Shown in pieces: positions 46,820 to 56,052 of a stretch of 64,000 nt of DNA. Positions within the stretch are counted from its first letter, which is position 1. The number at the start of each line of letters is the position of its first letter. Source of the stretch: Holophagales bacterium. Lineage in GTDB: Bacteria > Acidobacteriota > Thermoanaerobaculia > Multivoradales > Multivoraceae. Below the pieces are notes generated by a model. The model was not told where the DNA came from. It was given only the letters and a program-made list of their open reading frames with translations, and did not search any database. Made by a program: the position numbers and the translations under genes. Where the stretch lies: the NCBI GenBank assembly GCA_009845425.1, contig VXZQ01000001.1:194363-258362 (forward strand). Reading direction: 5' to 3'.

Positions 46820-48478
46820 ATGACCGACCGGACTCGGCCTGTGACAGGATCGTCGCTCAAGGCAACGCACGTTTCGCCGCCGAACGAGGGAGAAGGCGGA
46901 CGCGATTCCGCGACGAGCTTCGCCCCGACGACGCTGGCGATCGGCTGGACCGTTGTGAACTCACGCGAACCCAGGGAACTCGAGCTCCTCTACCGGCTGA
47001 GCCAGACCCTTGGCGAGAGCCTCGAGTTGCGTGACGTCACGCGGCCCGCGCTCGAGACCCTGGCCGAACACCTGAACCTGAAGCACGGCACGATCACGCT
47101 GCTCAACCGGAAGACCGGCGAGATCCGGATCGAGGTCGCGCACGGACTGAGTGGCGAACAGATCGCGGAAGCTCGCTACCGCCTCGGCGAAGGCGTGACC
47201 GGCCAGGTGATCGAGACGGGCGAGGCCCGGGTGATCCCGAAGACCAGCGAGTCCGAGACCTTCCTCGACCGCACGCGGCGCGGCAAGAGCGCGGAAGTCT
47301 CGTTTCTCTGCGTGCCCATCCGCACCGGCAACGAGACATACGGCGCGCTGAGCGTCGACCGCACCTACGAGCCCGACCACGACCTGAACGACGACGTCCG
47401 TCTGCTTCTGATCGCGGGCTCCCTGATCGCCCAGGCGGTCAAACTCCGCCGCACCGCGGAGGAGGAGAGGGAGCAGCTCGAGGAGGAGAACGAGCGTCTG
47501 CGCGCCCAGCTCCGCGACCGCTTCCGGCCCGCGAACATCGTCGGCAACTCGCACGAGATGCAGGAGGTCTACGACCAGATCGCCACGGTCTCGAGCAGCA
47601 ACACGAGCGTCCTGATCACCGGTGAGACCGGCACCGGCAAGGAGCTCGTCGCCCAGGCGATCCACTACAACAGCGCTCGTTCGGACCGACCCTTCGTCAA
47701 GGTCCACTGCGCCGCCCTTCCCGATGGCGTGATCGAGAGCGAGCTGTTCGGGCACGAGCGCGGAGCCTTCACCGGCGCGATCCAGCAACGAAAGGGCCGC
47801 TTCGAACTCGCCCACACCGGCACGATCTTCCTCGACGAGGTCGGCGACGTGCCGCTCCTGATCCAGATCAAGATGCTGCGGGTGCTGCAGGAACGCGAGT
47901 TCGAGCGGGTCGGCGGCACGCGGACCCTACGGGCGGACGTTCGGATCATCGCCGCCACGAACAAGGACCTGTCCGCGATGACCGTGAACGGCGCGTTCCG
48001 CGAGGACCTGTTCTACCGCCTGAACGTCTTCCCGATCCACGTGCCGCCGCTGCGCAAGCGCAAGTCGGACATCGTCCAGCTGGCCGACTTCTTTCTCGAG
48101 CGCTATGCGCGCGTGAACGGCGGCAACGTGCGCCGGCTGTCGAGCGCCGTGATCGACATGCTGATGAGCTACCACTGGCCCGGCAACGTTCGCGAGCTGG
48201 AAAGCTGCATCGAGCGCGCCGTCCTCGTGGCGAGGGACGACGTCATCCACCCCCACCACCTGCCGCCGACCCTCCAGACCGCGGAGAGCTCCGGCACCGA
48301 GCCCCCGGGGAGTTTTCAGTACCTGGTCGAGAACTACGAGCGGGATCTGTTGCGCGACGCGCTCAAGAGCGCCCGCGGCAACATCGCCGCCGCCTCGCGC
48401 AAGCTGCGCACCACGCCCCGGATCACCGGCTACAAGATCAAGAAGTACGGCATCGACCCGAGCCGTTACGCGAACTAA
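46820..48478 (+). CDS. sigma-54-dependent transcriptional activator (bEBP) with N-terminal GAF domain
   Basis: GAF region, then AAA+ sigma-54 interaction motifs: GETGTGKE Walker A, the GAFTGA loop (ERGAFTGA), DEVGD Walker B, and a C-terminal HTH. The ATG at 46820 gives 553 aa. Confidence 0.8.
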   Translation: MTDRTRPVTGSSLKATHVSPPNEGEGGRDSATSFAPTTLAIGWTVVNSREPRELELLYRLSQTLGESLELRDVTRPALETLAEHLNLKHGTITLLNRKTGEIRIEVAHGLSGEQIAEARYRLGEGVTGQVIETGEARVIPKTSESETFLDRTRRGKSAEVSFLCVPIRTGNETYGALSVDRTYEPDHDLNDDVRLLLIAGSLIAQAVKLRRTAEEEREQLEEENERLRAQLRDRFRPANIVGNSHEMQEVYDQIATVSSSNTSVLITGETGTGKELVAQAIHYNSARSDRPFVKVHCAALPDGVIESELFGHERGAFTGAIQQRKGRFELAHTGTIFLDEVGDVPLLIQIKMLRVLQEREFERVGGTRTLRADVRIIAATNKDLSAMTVNGAFREDLFYRLNVFPIHVPPLRKRKSDIVQLADFFLERYARVNGGNVRRLSSAVIDMLMSYHWPGNVRELESCIERAVLVARDDVIHPHHLPPTLQTAESSGTEPPGSFQYLVENYERDLLRDALKSARGNIAAASRKLRTTPRITGYKIKKYGIDPSRYAN

Positions 48479-48486
48479 GCGGCCGT

Positions 48487-48663
48487 CAGCGGAGGCGCCC
48501 GGAGGGGGAGGGTCCCAGCGGACGCTCACCCCAGCTTGGTGAGTGGAGGGATGGGGGTTCGCTTCGGTCGACTGCGCTCCGCTAGGGCTTGGATTGATGG
48601 AAGTTCTCGGCAGTCGCTTGTCTCCAGCCCGCTGGGGCCCTCCCCCTCCGGGTGCCTCCGCTG
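48487..48663. repeat. long imperfect inverted repeat (35-nt arms, 2 mismatches) flanking a 107-nt spacer; predicted multi-hairpin structure
   Basis: Arm 1 (48487-48521) is CAGCGGAGGCGCCCGGAGGGGGAGGGTCCCAGCGG. Arm 2 (48629-48663) is CCGCTGGGGCCCTCCCCCTCCGGGTGCCTCCGCTG. The spacer contains two further stem-loops (CTCACC...GGTGAG and CGACTGC...GCAGTCG). Confidence 0.55.
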
Positions 48664-48823
48664 ACTGGAACACGTCGAGGACCACGTTTGTCAGCCGCAA
48701 CCCTGTTTGCTACAAATCTGTCTCGCCCATCGGGTCGCGTGGGACCATACGAGAGTCGCGCATGGGAGCTCAAGGCCTTGAGTGGGGACGGATTGCTTTC
48801 AGAGAGTGGGTCGAACCCAACGT

Positions 48824-48840
48824 TGGCATCCGTGTTGCTA
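48824..48840 (+). promoter_or_regulatory. sigma-54 (-24/-12) promoter TGGCAT-ccgtg-TTGCT
   Basis: GG and GC dinucleotides are separated by exactly 10 nt. It lies about 50 nt upstream of the ATG at 48890 and about 350 nt downstream of the bEBP gene. Confidence 0.6.
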
Positions 48841-48889
48841 CTCAAGCCGCGTAACCGGCAATTTGCCCTTTCAAGGAGGTTCTACCCCA

Positions 48890-49582
48890 ATGTTCCGGAA
48901 AGCAGCCATTCTTCTGACCGTAGCCGCGCTTGGCCTGGCGGCCGCGCCGGCTTCCGCCGATACCTCGTACAGCCTCGACTTCGCGTCCGCCTACGTCTGG
49001 CGCGGCATCACCTTCACCGACGGGGCCGTGTGGCAGCCGTCGGTCACCGCCTCGAATGACAGTGGCTTCGCGATCAACGTCTGGGGCAACCTCGACATCG
49101 ACGACGCGAACGACATGAGCGGCGAGTTCAACGAGATCGATCTCACCGCCTCCTACGGGTTCGGCTCGGACGCCGTCTCCGCCGAGGTCGGCTTCATCGA
49201 GTACCTGTTCCCGAACACGGAGTTCGCCGGCACGCGCGAGGTCTACCTGTCCCTTGGTTTTGACGTGACGGCGTCCCCCAGTATCTCCGTGTACTACGAC
49301 ATCGACGAGGTCAAGGACTTCTATGCGAACGTCGGCGTCTCGTTCGGCGGCGACGTGAGCGACGCACTGGCCTGGAGTGTCGACGTCTCGGCCGGCTACG
49401 CGGGCGACGACTTCGCCGCCGCCTACGGCGGAACCTCCGGAGGCATGTACGACGGCAACGTGACGTTCGGTCTCTCCGGCGGAGCGTGGTCCGCGTTCGT
49501 CAGCTACGTCGACGCACTGGACGACGACGCGCTGCCGGAGCAGCCCGTCGACTTCCTGGCCGGCATCGGCTTCTCGTTCTAG
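48890..49582 (+). CDS. secreted small beta-barrel protein, TIGR02001-like
   Basis: AAGGAGG RBS at a 10-nt spacing. Signal peptide MFRKAAILLTVAALGLAAAPASA. Alternating beta-strand pattern ending in an aromatic C-terminus (GIGFSF), typical of outer-membrane barrels. The family guess comes from ASAYVWRGITFTDG. Confidence 0.55.
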   Translation: MFRKAAILLTVAALGLAAAPASADTSYSLDFASAYVWRGITFTDGAVWQPSVTASNDSGFAINVWGNLDIDDANDMSGEFNEIDLTASYGFGSDAVSAEVGFIEYLFPNTEFAGTREVYLSLGFDVTASPSISVYYDIDEVKDFYANVGVSFGGDVSDALAWSVDVSAGYAGDDFAAAYGGTSGGMYDGNVTFGLSGGAWSAFVSYVDALDDDALPEQPVDFLAGIGFSF

Positions 49583-49585
49583 CGG

Positions 49586-50404
49586 TCAGCGCCCCGTGAA
49601 CTTGGGCGCCCGCTTCTCCATGAACGCGGTGACGCCTTCCTTGTGGTCGTCCGTCTGGCCGCAGCGGATGTGAGAGATGGCCTCGCGGTCGAGGATGGAC
49701 CGGAAATCCGAGTTGACCGCGAGGTTCACGTTCTCCTTCATCCAGCGGTAACTCACGAGCGGTCCGTGAGCTAGCCGGGACGCGTACTCCATCGCCTCGT
49801 CGCGGAAGGTCTCCGCGTCGTAGATGCGATTGACCAGACCGATGCGGCGCGCCTCCTCGGCGTCGATGATGTCGGCCGTGAAGAACAACTCCTTGGCCAC
49901 GGCCGGGCCGACCAGCCGGGTGAGCTGCCAGGTCGTACCCCAGTCGCCGCCGAATCCGACCTTCGAGTACGCGGTTCCGAACTTCGCCGCGCTCGAGGCC
50001 AGGCGAAGGTCGCAGCTTGCCGCCAGACCGAGGCCGGCGCCCATCGCGAAGCCGTTGACCATCGCGATCGTCACCTTGGGCACCGAGTGGACGAGCCAGG
50101 CGGCTTCCTGGCCGCGACGCAGACTGTCGATGCGTTCCTCGAGCGTGGTTGGTGCCCCGCTCGACCCGCCCATGCCCGAAACGTCGCCGCCGGCGCAGAA
50201 GGCGCGTCCCTCGCCGGTGAGAACGATGACTCCGACATCCGGGTCGGCTGCCAGCCGCGGTACTTCCTCCTGAAGCCCGGCGGTGATTTCCGCGGACAGG
50301 GCGTTCAGCTTCTTGGGGCGGTTCAGCGTCAGCAAAGCGACGCGATCCTGGACGTCGACCCGGAACTCCGGCTCGGGGGCGGTCTTCATCTCGGCTACGG
50401 TCAT
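49586..50404 (-). CDS. enoyl-CoA hydratase/isomerase (crotonase) family protein
   Basis: Crotonase fold motifs (VIVLTGEGRAFCAGGD, MVNGFAMGAGLGLAASCDLRLA). AGGAGG RBS 7 nt upstream of the ATG at 50404. Confidence 0.8.
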   Translation of the reverse strand: MTVAEMKTAPEPEFRVDVQDRVALLTLNRPKKLNALSAEITAGLQEEVPRLAADPDVGVIVLTGEGRAFCAGGDVSGMGGSSGAPTTLEERIDSLRRGQEAAWLVHSVPKVTIAMVNGFAMGAGLGLAASCDLRLASSAAKFGTAYSKVGFGGDWGTTWQLTRLVGPAVAKELFFTADIIDAEEARRIGLVNRIYDAETFRDEAMEYASRLAHGPLVSYRWMKENVNLAVNSDFRSILDREAISHIRCGQTDDHKEGVTAFMEKRAPKFTGR

Positions 50405-50466
50405 TCGCGTTCCTCCTGTTTCCTGACTCTCAAGGGAAGGCCCGGAGTGTAGCCCGTCGCTGAGCG

Positions 50467-50491
50467 GGAACACTTCGCGCTCCCGCGCGTT
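50467..50491 (+). promoter_or_regulatory. ECF-sigma-type promoter GGAAC-N16-CGTT
   Basis: GGAAC (50467-50471) and CGTT (50488-50491) separated by exactly 16 nt. It sits 12 nt upstream of the first in-frame ATG (50503) of the ECF sigma gene, consistent with an autoregulated, near-leaderless transcript. Confidence 0.5.
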
Positions 50492-50502
50492 ACAACATTG
50501 AG

Positions 50503-51171
50503 ATGCCAGTGGCCGCGCTGAGGCCTGACCCGCTGGCGGCGCCGACGACGAGACCCCGACGCGCCCCGGCGCAGATGACCGCCACGCAAGCGGCGGTACG
50601 GGTGGACCGCGCGCTGGAGGACGGCGTGCTCATGGCTCGCGTCAAGGACGGCGACGAGCAGGCCTTTGCCGACCTGGTGAATCGCTACAAGAACCCCCTC
50701 GTGAACTACCTGACCCGGATGACGCGCAGCCGCGAGCGTGCCGAAGACCTGGCGCAGGAGGCGTTCGTGCGGGTGTACCGCTCGGCCGACCGCTACCGGG
50801 AACGGGGCCAGTTCCAGGCCTTCCTGTTCCGGATCGCCACGAATCAACTGCGGAGCGAAGAGCGCCGCGCGGCCCGCTGGCGAGGCCTGCTGCCGTCCCT
50901 TGCGGCCGAGCAGAAGCTCCGGCCGCCGGCGCCGTCTCCGCAGGGTGCGGCACTGTGCGACGAGGCCGCCTCTGCCGTCACCGCCGCGATTCGACGACTG
51001 CCCCTCCACTACCGCGCGCCTGTAGTGCTCCGCGAGATCGAGGGCTGGCCCTACGCCCGCATCGCCAAGGCGCTCGCCTGCCGCGAGGGAACGGTCAAGT
51101 CCCGAGTCCACCGCGCCAAGGACCTGCTGCGAGAAGACCTCCACGACTACTGGAACGGAGGATCGAAGTGA
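50503..51171 (+). CDS. ECF (group IV) RNA polymerase sigma factor
   Basis: Sigma-70 region 2 (AQEAFVRVYRSADRY...FLFRIATNQ) and region 4 (LPLHYRAPVVLREIEGWPYARIAKALACREGTVKSRVHRA). An alternative start at ATG 50575 would give 198 aa. Confidence 0.8.
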   Translation: MPVAALRPDPLAAPTTRPRRAPAQMTATQAAVRVDRALEDGVLMARVKDGDEQAFADLVNRYKNPLVNYLTRMTRSRERAEDLAQEAFVRVYRSADRYRERGQFQAFLFRIATNQLRSEERRAARWRGLLPSLAAEQKLRPPAPSPQGAALCDEAASAVTAAIRRLPLHYRAPVVLREIEGWPYARIAKALACREGTVKSRVHRAKDLLREDLHDYWNGGSK

Positions 51172-51581
51172 CCGAGCACCTCGACCTGAAACGCCTGCCC
51201 CGCGTCGACGCCTCCGACGGCTTCACCGCCGACGTGCTGCGCCGTGTGCGGACGGACCAGGCTCGCCAGCCCGCACCGCGACTCAGGCTGGCCATGGCCG
51301 CCATCGCGGTCGTCGTCGTATCGGCCGCGGCCGGCGCATGGTGGACACGGCAGTCCGCGCCTATCGAACCGGCGACCGTCACCGCGGAGAGCCTTGAACA
51401 ACTCAGGTCGGAGTACGAGGAACTGAGCCGGGAATTGGAGTCCTTCCACCGACTGGCCGAAGACACGCAGCCCTTCGTACCGGTTTCCATCGATCCCCGG
51501 ACCGAGGTCCTCTTCGACCTTCGCGACATCGAACCGCTTCCCGTCAGCCTTGCGTCTACGGGGAGCCGCAGAATCCAATAG
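51168..51581 (+). CDS. putative anti-sigma factor (single-pass membrane protein)
   Basis: GTG overlapping the sigma gene stop (GTGA). Short cytoplasmic N-terminus, one TM helix (LAMAAIAVVVVSAAAGAWW) and a periplasmic tail. The position is canonical for a cognate anti-sigma. Confidence 0.55.
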   Translation: MTEHLDLKRLPRVDASDGFTADVLRRVRTDQARQPAPRLRLAMAAIAVVVVSAAAGAWWTRQSAPIEPATVTAESLEQLRSEYEELSRELESFHRLAEDTQPFVPVSIDPRTEVLFDLRDIEPLPVSLASTGSRRIQ

Positions 51582-51593
51582 GAGCATTCCGTC

Positions 51594-52463
51594 ATGACCA
51601 AAAGCAGTTTCCTCGTGCCCGGCCTCACGCCCCGACTCACTCTCGTCACGACCCTGGCCGCGATCTTCGCGGCGGGCTCGGGCGTCGCAGCCTTCGCCCA
51701 GGAATCCGAAGAAGAGAAGCGCTCCGTCCGCGTCATGGTGCTCGGGGACGGGCAGGTCGAAGTCGTCGAGGATGGCCAGGACGACCGCGTGCTGGCGGTG
51801 AAGCTCGCCGCCGCGGCCCAGCAGGAGGCCCAGGTAGCCCGCGAGTTCGCCGATCGAATCCGGCCGACACTCGCCCTCCACTGGGGCGGTGCGTATCTCG
51901 GCGTCGAGCTCGTCAATCTCAACGAACCGCTTCGAGCTCACTTCGGTGTGCCCGAGGGCAGCGGAGTACTGGTCTCGAACGTCATGGACGGCAGCCCGGC
52001 GGCCCGCGCCGGCATCCAGGTCGGAGACATCCTGACCCGCTTCGACGGCGAGGACGTAGCGAGTTCACGGAAGCTGACGACCATGGTGCGGAAGGCGGAA
52101 GCCGGAGATCCGGCCGACATCGAGATCTGGCGTGACGGCAAGGTCGAGACGGTCAGCACGACCCTCGATGAACGTCCACGCCCTGATCTCAGGGCCAACT
52201 ACTTCTCCTTCCTGCGCGGGAGCGAAGATCTGGACGGCGACGGTGAGATCGAGGTGTTCGTCAGTCCCGAGAACGTGCACGAGAAGATTCAGGAGTACTT
52301 CGACGGCGACGAGTGGAAGGAGCGCCACGAGCACATGCAGCGCTTCCTCCACGAGCGACGCCCCGACATGAAGGCGCTAGAGGATCGCCTCGCGACCCTG
52401 AAGGAGCAGTTGGAAGCGCTGGAGCGCCGCCTGGAGGAAAAGGGTCTCGCCGAAGAGAACTAG
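51594..52463 (+). CDS. periplasmic PDZ-domain protein
   Basis: Signal peptide. PDZ core (YLGVELVNLNEPLRAHFGVPEGSGVLVSNVMDGSPAARAGIQVGDILTRFDGEDV). Confidence 0.65.
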   Translation: MTKSSFLVPGLTPRLTLVTTLAAIFAAGSGVAAFAQESEEEKRSVRVMVLGDGQVEVVEDGQDDRVLAVKLAAAAQQEAQVAREFADRIRPTLALHWGGAYLGVELVNLNEPLRAHFGVPEGSGVLVSNVMDGSPAARAGIQVGDILTRFDGEDVASSRKLTTMVRKAEAGDPADIEIWRDGKVETVSTTLDERPRPDLRANYFSFLRGSEDLDGDGEIEVFVSPENVHEKIQEYFDGDEWKERHEHMQRFLHERRPDMKALEDRLATLKEQLEALERRLEEKGLAEEN

Positions 52464-52531
52464 CGCCGTCCTCCCACTCGGACAGGGGGGGTCAAACGGA
52501 TAGGGTTGCCGGCACCCACTTGAGGCGCCCT

Positions 52532-54292
52532 ATGAGATCGGGGTACACGGTTGCCATCATCGGCGGTGGGGCGTCGGGCGTTGCTCTGGCGGCCCGGATC
52601 GTCGAGCACCTTCCTGCCGGACTGAGCACGGCCAACCTGACCATCGCGCTATTCGACGCTCGCGGCTGCGACGGCGGCAACGCCTACGCACCCGACGCGC
52701 CCAGCAACCTGATGAACACCACCTGCGGTGCGATCGATCGAGTCTTCGGCGGCAGCTTCGGGATTCTCCATTGGGCCGAGGAGAACCCAGCCAAATGGCG
52801 GCCCTACGTCGAGCGAGCGGACCTCGAGGCCGGCGCCTACATCCCCAGGCCGGTGGTGGGTCTGTACCTGTCGGACCTCCTCGACCATGCCCGACGACAG
52901 GCCGCCGATCGCGGGTTCTGCCTCGACCTGATCGTCGACGAGGTAGTCGATGTCTCGCCGCCCGGCGATCCCAACGCCGACTACCTCGTACACAGCCTCT
53001 CCAGCGGGCACTGCAAGGCCCGTTACGTCTACCTCGCGGTCGGGCACCTAGAACGATGCCGCACCGAGGACTACCAGCATCACGCCCGCTACCGCCACAA
53101 CCCCTACCCCATTGCCGGCCTGGTCGAGGAGATTCCCAAGCGGGCATCCGTCGGCGTGATCGGAACCCGGCTCACCGCGATCGACGTGGCGCTCGGCCTC
53201 GCCGCCGCAGGCCATTCGGGGAGCATCCATTGCGTCTCGAGACGAGGACGCCTGCCGGCCGTACGGGCTGACCGGGGCAAGTACCGCTTCAAGGAACTCG
53301 AGCGCGAGGATCTGCGGCGGCGACTTCTGCGCGAGACGCGGTCGAAACTCCGTCTCTCCGACATCGCCGCGATGCTCGGCAGGGAGATCGAGCACGCCGA
53401 GGGGCGCCACCTGTCTCTTGGCGAGATCGTCCACGACGATCGGTCGCCGATCGACTACTACGAGCGGGAGATCGCCCTGGCCGCTGGCAAAGCCAGACCC
53501 TGGCAGGCAGTGCTGTACGCGACGAACCGCAACATCGACCTTCTATGGCATCACCTCCACGAAGACGACAGGCAGCTCCTGATGTCCGAGTGGCTGAACG
53601 ACTGGCTGACCTATCGCGCGTCCATACCACGAGAAAACGCGGAGAGAGTGCTGGCGATGATGAAGTCCGGTCAACTGACGGTCCAGGGCGGGGCCCGGAA
53701 GTTCGAGTACGACTCCGAGGCCGGATCGTTCCGCATCCAGCTGGCCTCCGGCGGCCCCCTGCAAGTGGAGTACCTGGTGTCCGCCACCGGCTTCGCCAAC
53801 CGTATCGAGCAGGCGGACAGCCGGCTGATGAAGAACCTGCTGTCCAGGGGACTCGTCGTGCCCCATCGGTACGGCGGGGTCGACTGCGTCTTCGAAACGG
53901 GACAGGTTCGCCCACGTGCCGGCGCGGCGGCGGGTGAATCGCGGATCTTCGCCTTGGGACCGCTCACCAGCGGCGTGTACTTCTTCACGACCGCTCTCGA
54001 GATCATCGCCAGGCAGGCGGCCCAGCGGACACACGACCTGGCGTTCATGCTGGGTGTGGAATGGCTCGACCAGCCCGAAACCGAGGCGTGGGTCGATGAC
54101 TTCCAGGCCGGACGCGCCGGAGACGCCGAAGGTCCCGGTCTACGCCATGGCGAAGGTCCGGACCTCCTCGGACATCTGCTGTCGAGCGATCAGACGGAGT
54201 TCATCGACTTCAAGCAACTCCGGCTTCTGAACGATCAGATACGGGACGAGGACTTCGAGACGGCGATCGACCGCGACCCGTCCGCTCCCTGA
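52532..54292 (+). CDS. FAD/NAD(P)-binding oxidoreductase
   Basis: The N-terminal dinucleotide-binding motif VAIIGGGASGVALAARI and a second Rossmann-like motif VGVIGTRLTAIDVALGLA suggest a two-dinucleotide-domain flavoprotein. 586 aa. Confidence 0.6.
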   Translation: MRSGYTVAIIGGGASGVALAARIVEHLPAGLSTANLTIALFDARGCDGGNAYAPDAPSNLMNTTCGAIDRVFGGSFGILHWAEENPAKWRPYVERADLEAGAYIPRPVVGLYLSDLLDHARRQAADRGFCLDLIVDEVVDVSPPGDPNADYLVHSLSSGHCKARYVYLAVGHLERCRTEDYQHHARYRHNPYPIAGLVEEIPKRASVGVIGTRLTAIDVALGLAAAGHSGSIHCVSRRGRLPAVRADRGKYRFKELEREDLRRRLLRETRSKLRLSDIAAMLGREIEHAEGRHLSLGEIVHDDRSPIDYYEREIALAAGKARPWQAVLYATNRNIDLLWHHLHEDDRQLLMSEWLNDWLTYRASIPRENAERVLAMMKSGQLTVQGGARKFEYDSEAGSFRIQLASGGPLQVEYLVSATGFANRIEQADSRLMKNLLSRGLVVPHRYGGVDCVFETGQVRPRAGAAAGESRIFALGPLTSGVYFFTTALEIIARQAAQRTHDLAFMLGVEWLDQPETEAWVDDFQAGRAGDAEGPGLRHGEGPDLLGHLLSSDQTEFIDFKQLRLLNDQIRDEDFETAIDRDPSAP

Positions 54293-54331
54293 CGATCGGG
54301 GACCTACGCCGCGGCGGATGCCTCGCTATCG

Positions 54332-55981
54332 CTAGCGGAGCTCCGGCAACCGGTACCCGGCGGCGCCGAGGTCGGCGCGCACTGTCTTCTTGTCCATCTT
54401 CCCGGTGGACGTGAGCGGAATCGAATCGACGACCAGGACATCATCCGGCAGTTGCCACTTCGCAAACCGTCCGGCGCAGTGCGTGAGCACCCGTTCCCGG
54501 TCGACGCTGGCGCCTTCGTCGAGAACGATGAGCGCGACCGGACGTTGCTCCCAGCGAGGATGCGGCTGTGCGACCACGCATGCCTGGGCGACGCCATCGA
54601 GCGAAAGGATGTGGTTCTCCAGATCAACCGAGGAGATCCACTCGCCGCCGCTCCTCACGAGATCCTTCGAGCGATCCGAGATGACCAGGCACTCCCGGCG
54701 GTCGATGCTGCCCACATCGCCAGTGATGAGCCAGTCGTCATGGAACTGCTCCGGCCGCGGGCTCCGGTAGTACTCCGAGCACACCCAGGGTCCCCGGACC
54801 AGAACGTCGCCGGTCGCGCGGCCGTCGTGCGGCAGGCGATTGAAGTCCGGGTCGAAGATCTCCACCTCCACGCCGGGCAACGCCTGGCCGGCCTTCTCCA
54901 CCTCCGCAAGGTACGCCTCAGGCGCCGCCGTCGCGCGCCGGCCGCTGTCGGGACGCGCGACACGACGGGAGAACGTGACCAGCGGGCTCGTCTCCGTCAT
55001 GCCCCACTCCTGGATCATCTCGACGCCCAGGGCCTCCCAGTACCAGCGTGCCAGGGCCGCCGGCACGGCGGAGCCGCCGCTGACGATGCGGGACAGCCTC
55101 GACAGATCGAACGCACCGGGGCGGTCCACACAGACCGCGCGGACGTCCTGCCATACGGTGGGCACGCCCGCGGCCAGAGTGACGCCCTCCTCCGCGATCA
55201 ATCGGACGAGCCGCTCGGGGCGCGTGAAGCGATGCGGCATGACCTGCTTGCACCCAAGTGTCAGCGCGGCCCATGGAAGGCCCCAGCCCATGACGTGGAA
55301 CATGGGCACCACGCCGCAAACCGTGTCGGCTGAGGAGAGGCTCATGGCGTCCGTCATGCACATCGCCATGGTGTGCAGGTACTGCGAGCGGTGCTCGTAC
55401 TGCACGCCCTTGGGATGTCCGGTCGTGCCGCTCGTGTAGCAGAGGCCGAGCGGCGCGGTTTCGTCGATTCGCGGCCACGCGAAGCGCCCGGACCACGGGG
55501 CGATGAAGTCCTCGTAGTCGACGGCGCCCGGGAGCGACGTCGACCAGCCCTCGTCGCCTTCCTCGACCGCGACCACGACCTTTTCGACCGTGGGCAGGCG
55601 GTCCGCCAGCGGTTCGAGCCGCACAAGCAGGTCGGCGTCCGAGACAATCAGCCGGGGCTCGGCATGGTTGACGATGTAAGCGATGTCCCTGCCGTGCAGA
55701 CGGACGTTCAGGTTGACCAGAACGGCGCCCATTCCCGCGAGTGCGCAGTAGACCTCAAGGTGGCGCGACCCGTTCCACATGAAGACGCCGACCCGGTCGC
55801 CGCCGACGACGCCGGCATCCCGGAGCGCGTGGGCGAGTCGATGCGCCCGAAACAGCGTCTCGCGCAAGTCCTGGCGTCGCGTGCCGTTGGCTGTTGCCGT
55901 GACGATCTCAGCGTCCGGCGCGAGCCGGGCCCCACGCTCGATCAGCCGCGACATCAGCAGCGGAGTGCGTTGCATTCCCAT
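54332..55981 (-). CDS. AMP-dependent synthetase / fatty-acyl-CoA ligase
   Basis: AMP-binding motif YTSGTTGHPKGV, then GWGLPW and WLITGDVGSIDRRECLVISDRSKDLV, and the terminal IPLTSTGKMDKK lysine motif. Confidence 0.85.
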   Translation of the reverse strand: MGMQRTPLLMSRLIERGARLAPDAEIVTATANGTRRQDLRETLFRAHRLAHALRDAGVVGGDRVGVFMWNGSRHLEVYCALAGMGAVLVNLNVRLHGRDIAYIVNHAEPRLIVSDADLLVRLEPLADRLPTVEKVVVAVEEGDEGWSTSLPGAVDYEDFIAPWSGRFAWPRIDETAPLGLCYTSGTTGHPKGVQYEHRSQYLHTMAMCMTDAMSLSSADTVCGVVPMFHVMGWGLPWAALTLGCKQVMPHRFTRPERLVRLIAEEGVTLAAGVPTVWQDVRAVCVDRPGAFDLSRLSRIVSGGSAVPAALARWYWEALGVEMIQEWGMTETSPLVTFSRRVARPDSGRRATAAPEAYLAEVEKAGQALPGVEVEIFDPDFNRLPHDGRATGDVLVRGPWVCSEYYRSPRPEQFHDDWLITGDVGSIDRRECLVISDRSKDLVRSGGEWISSVDLENHILSLDGVAQACVVAQPHPRWEQRPVALIVLDEGASVDRERVLTHCAGRFAKWQLPDDVLVVDSIPLTSTGKMDKKTVRADLGAAGYRLPELR

Positions 55982-56052
55982 GAGAACCCCGGAAGCAACC
56001 GCGCAACGACGGCCCAGCTACCCTCCCGGTCCGTTCCGCCGACCCATCGCCG

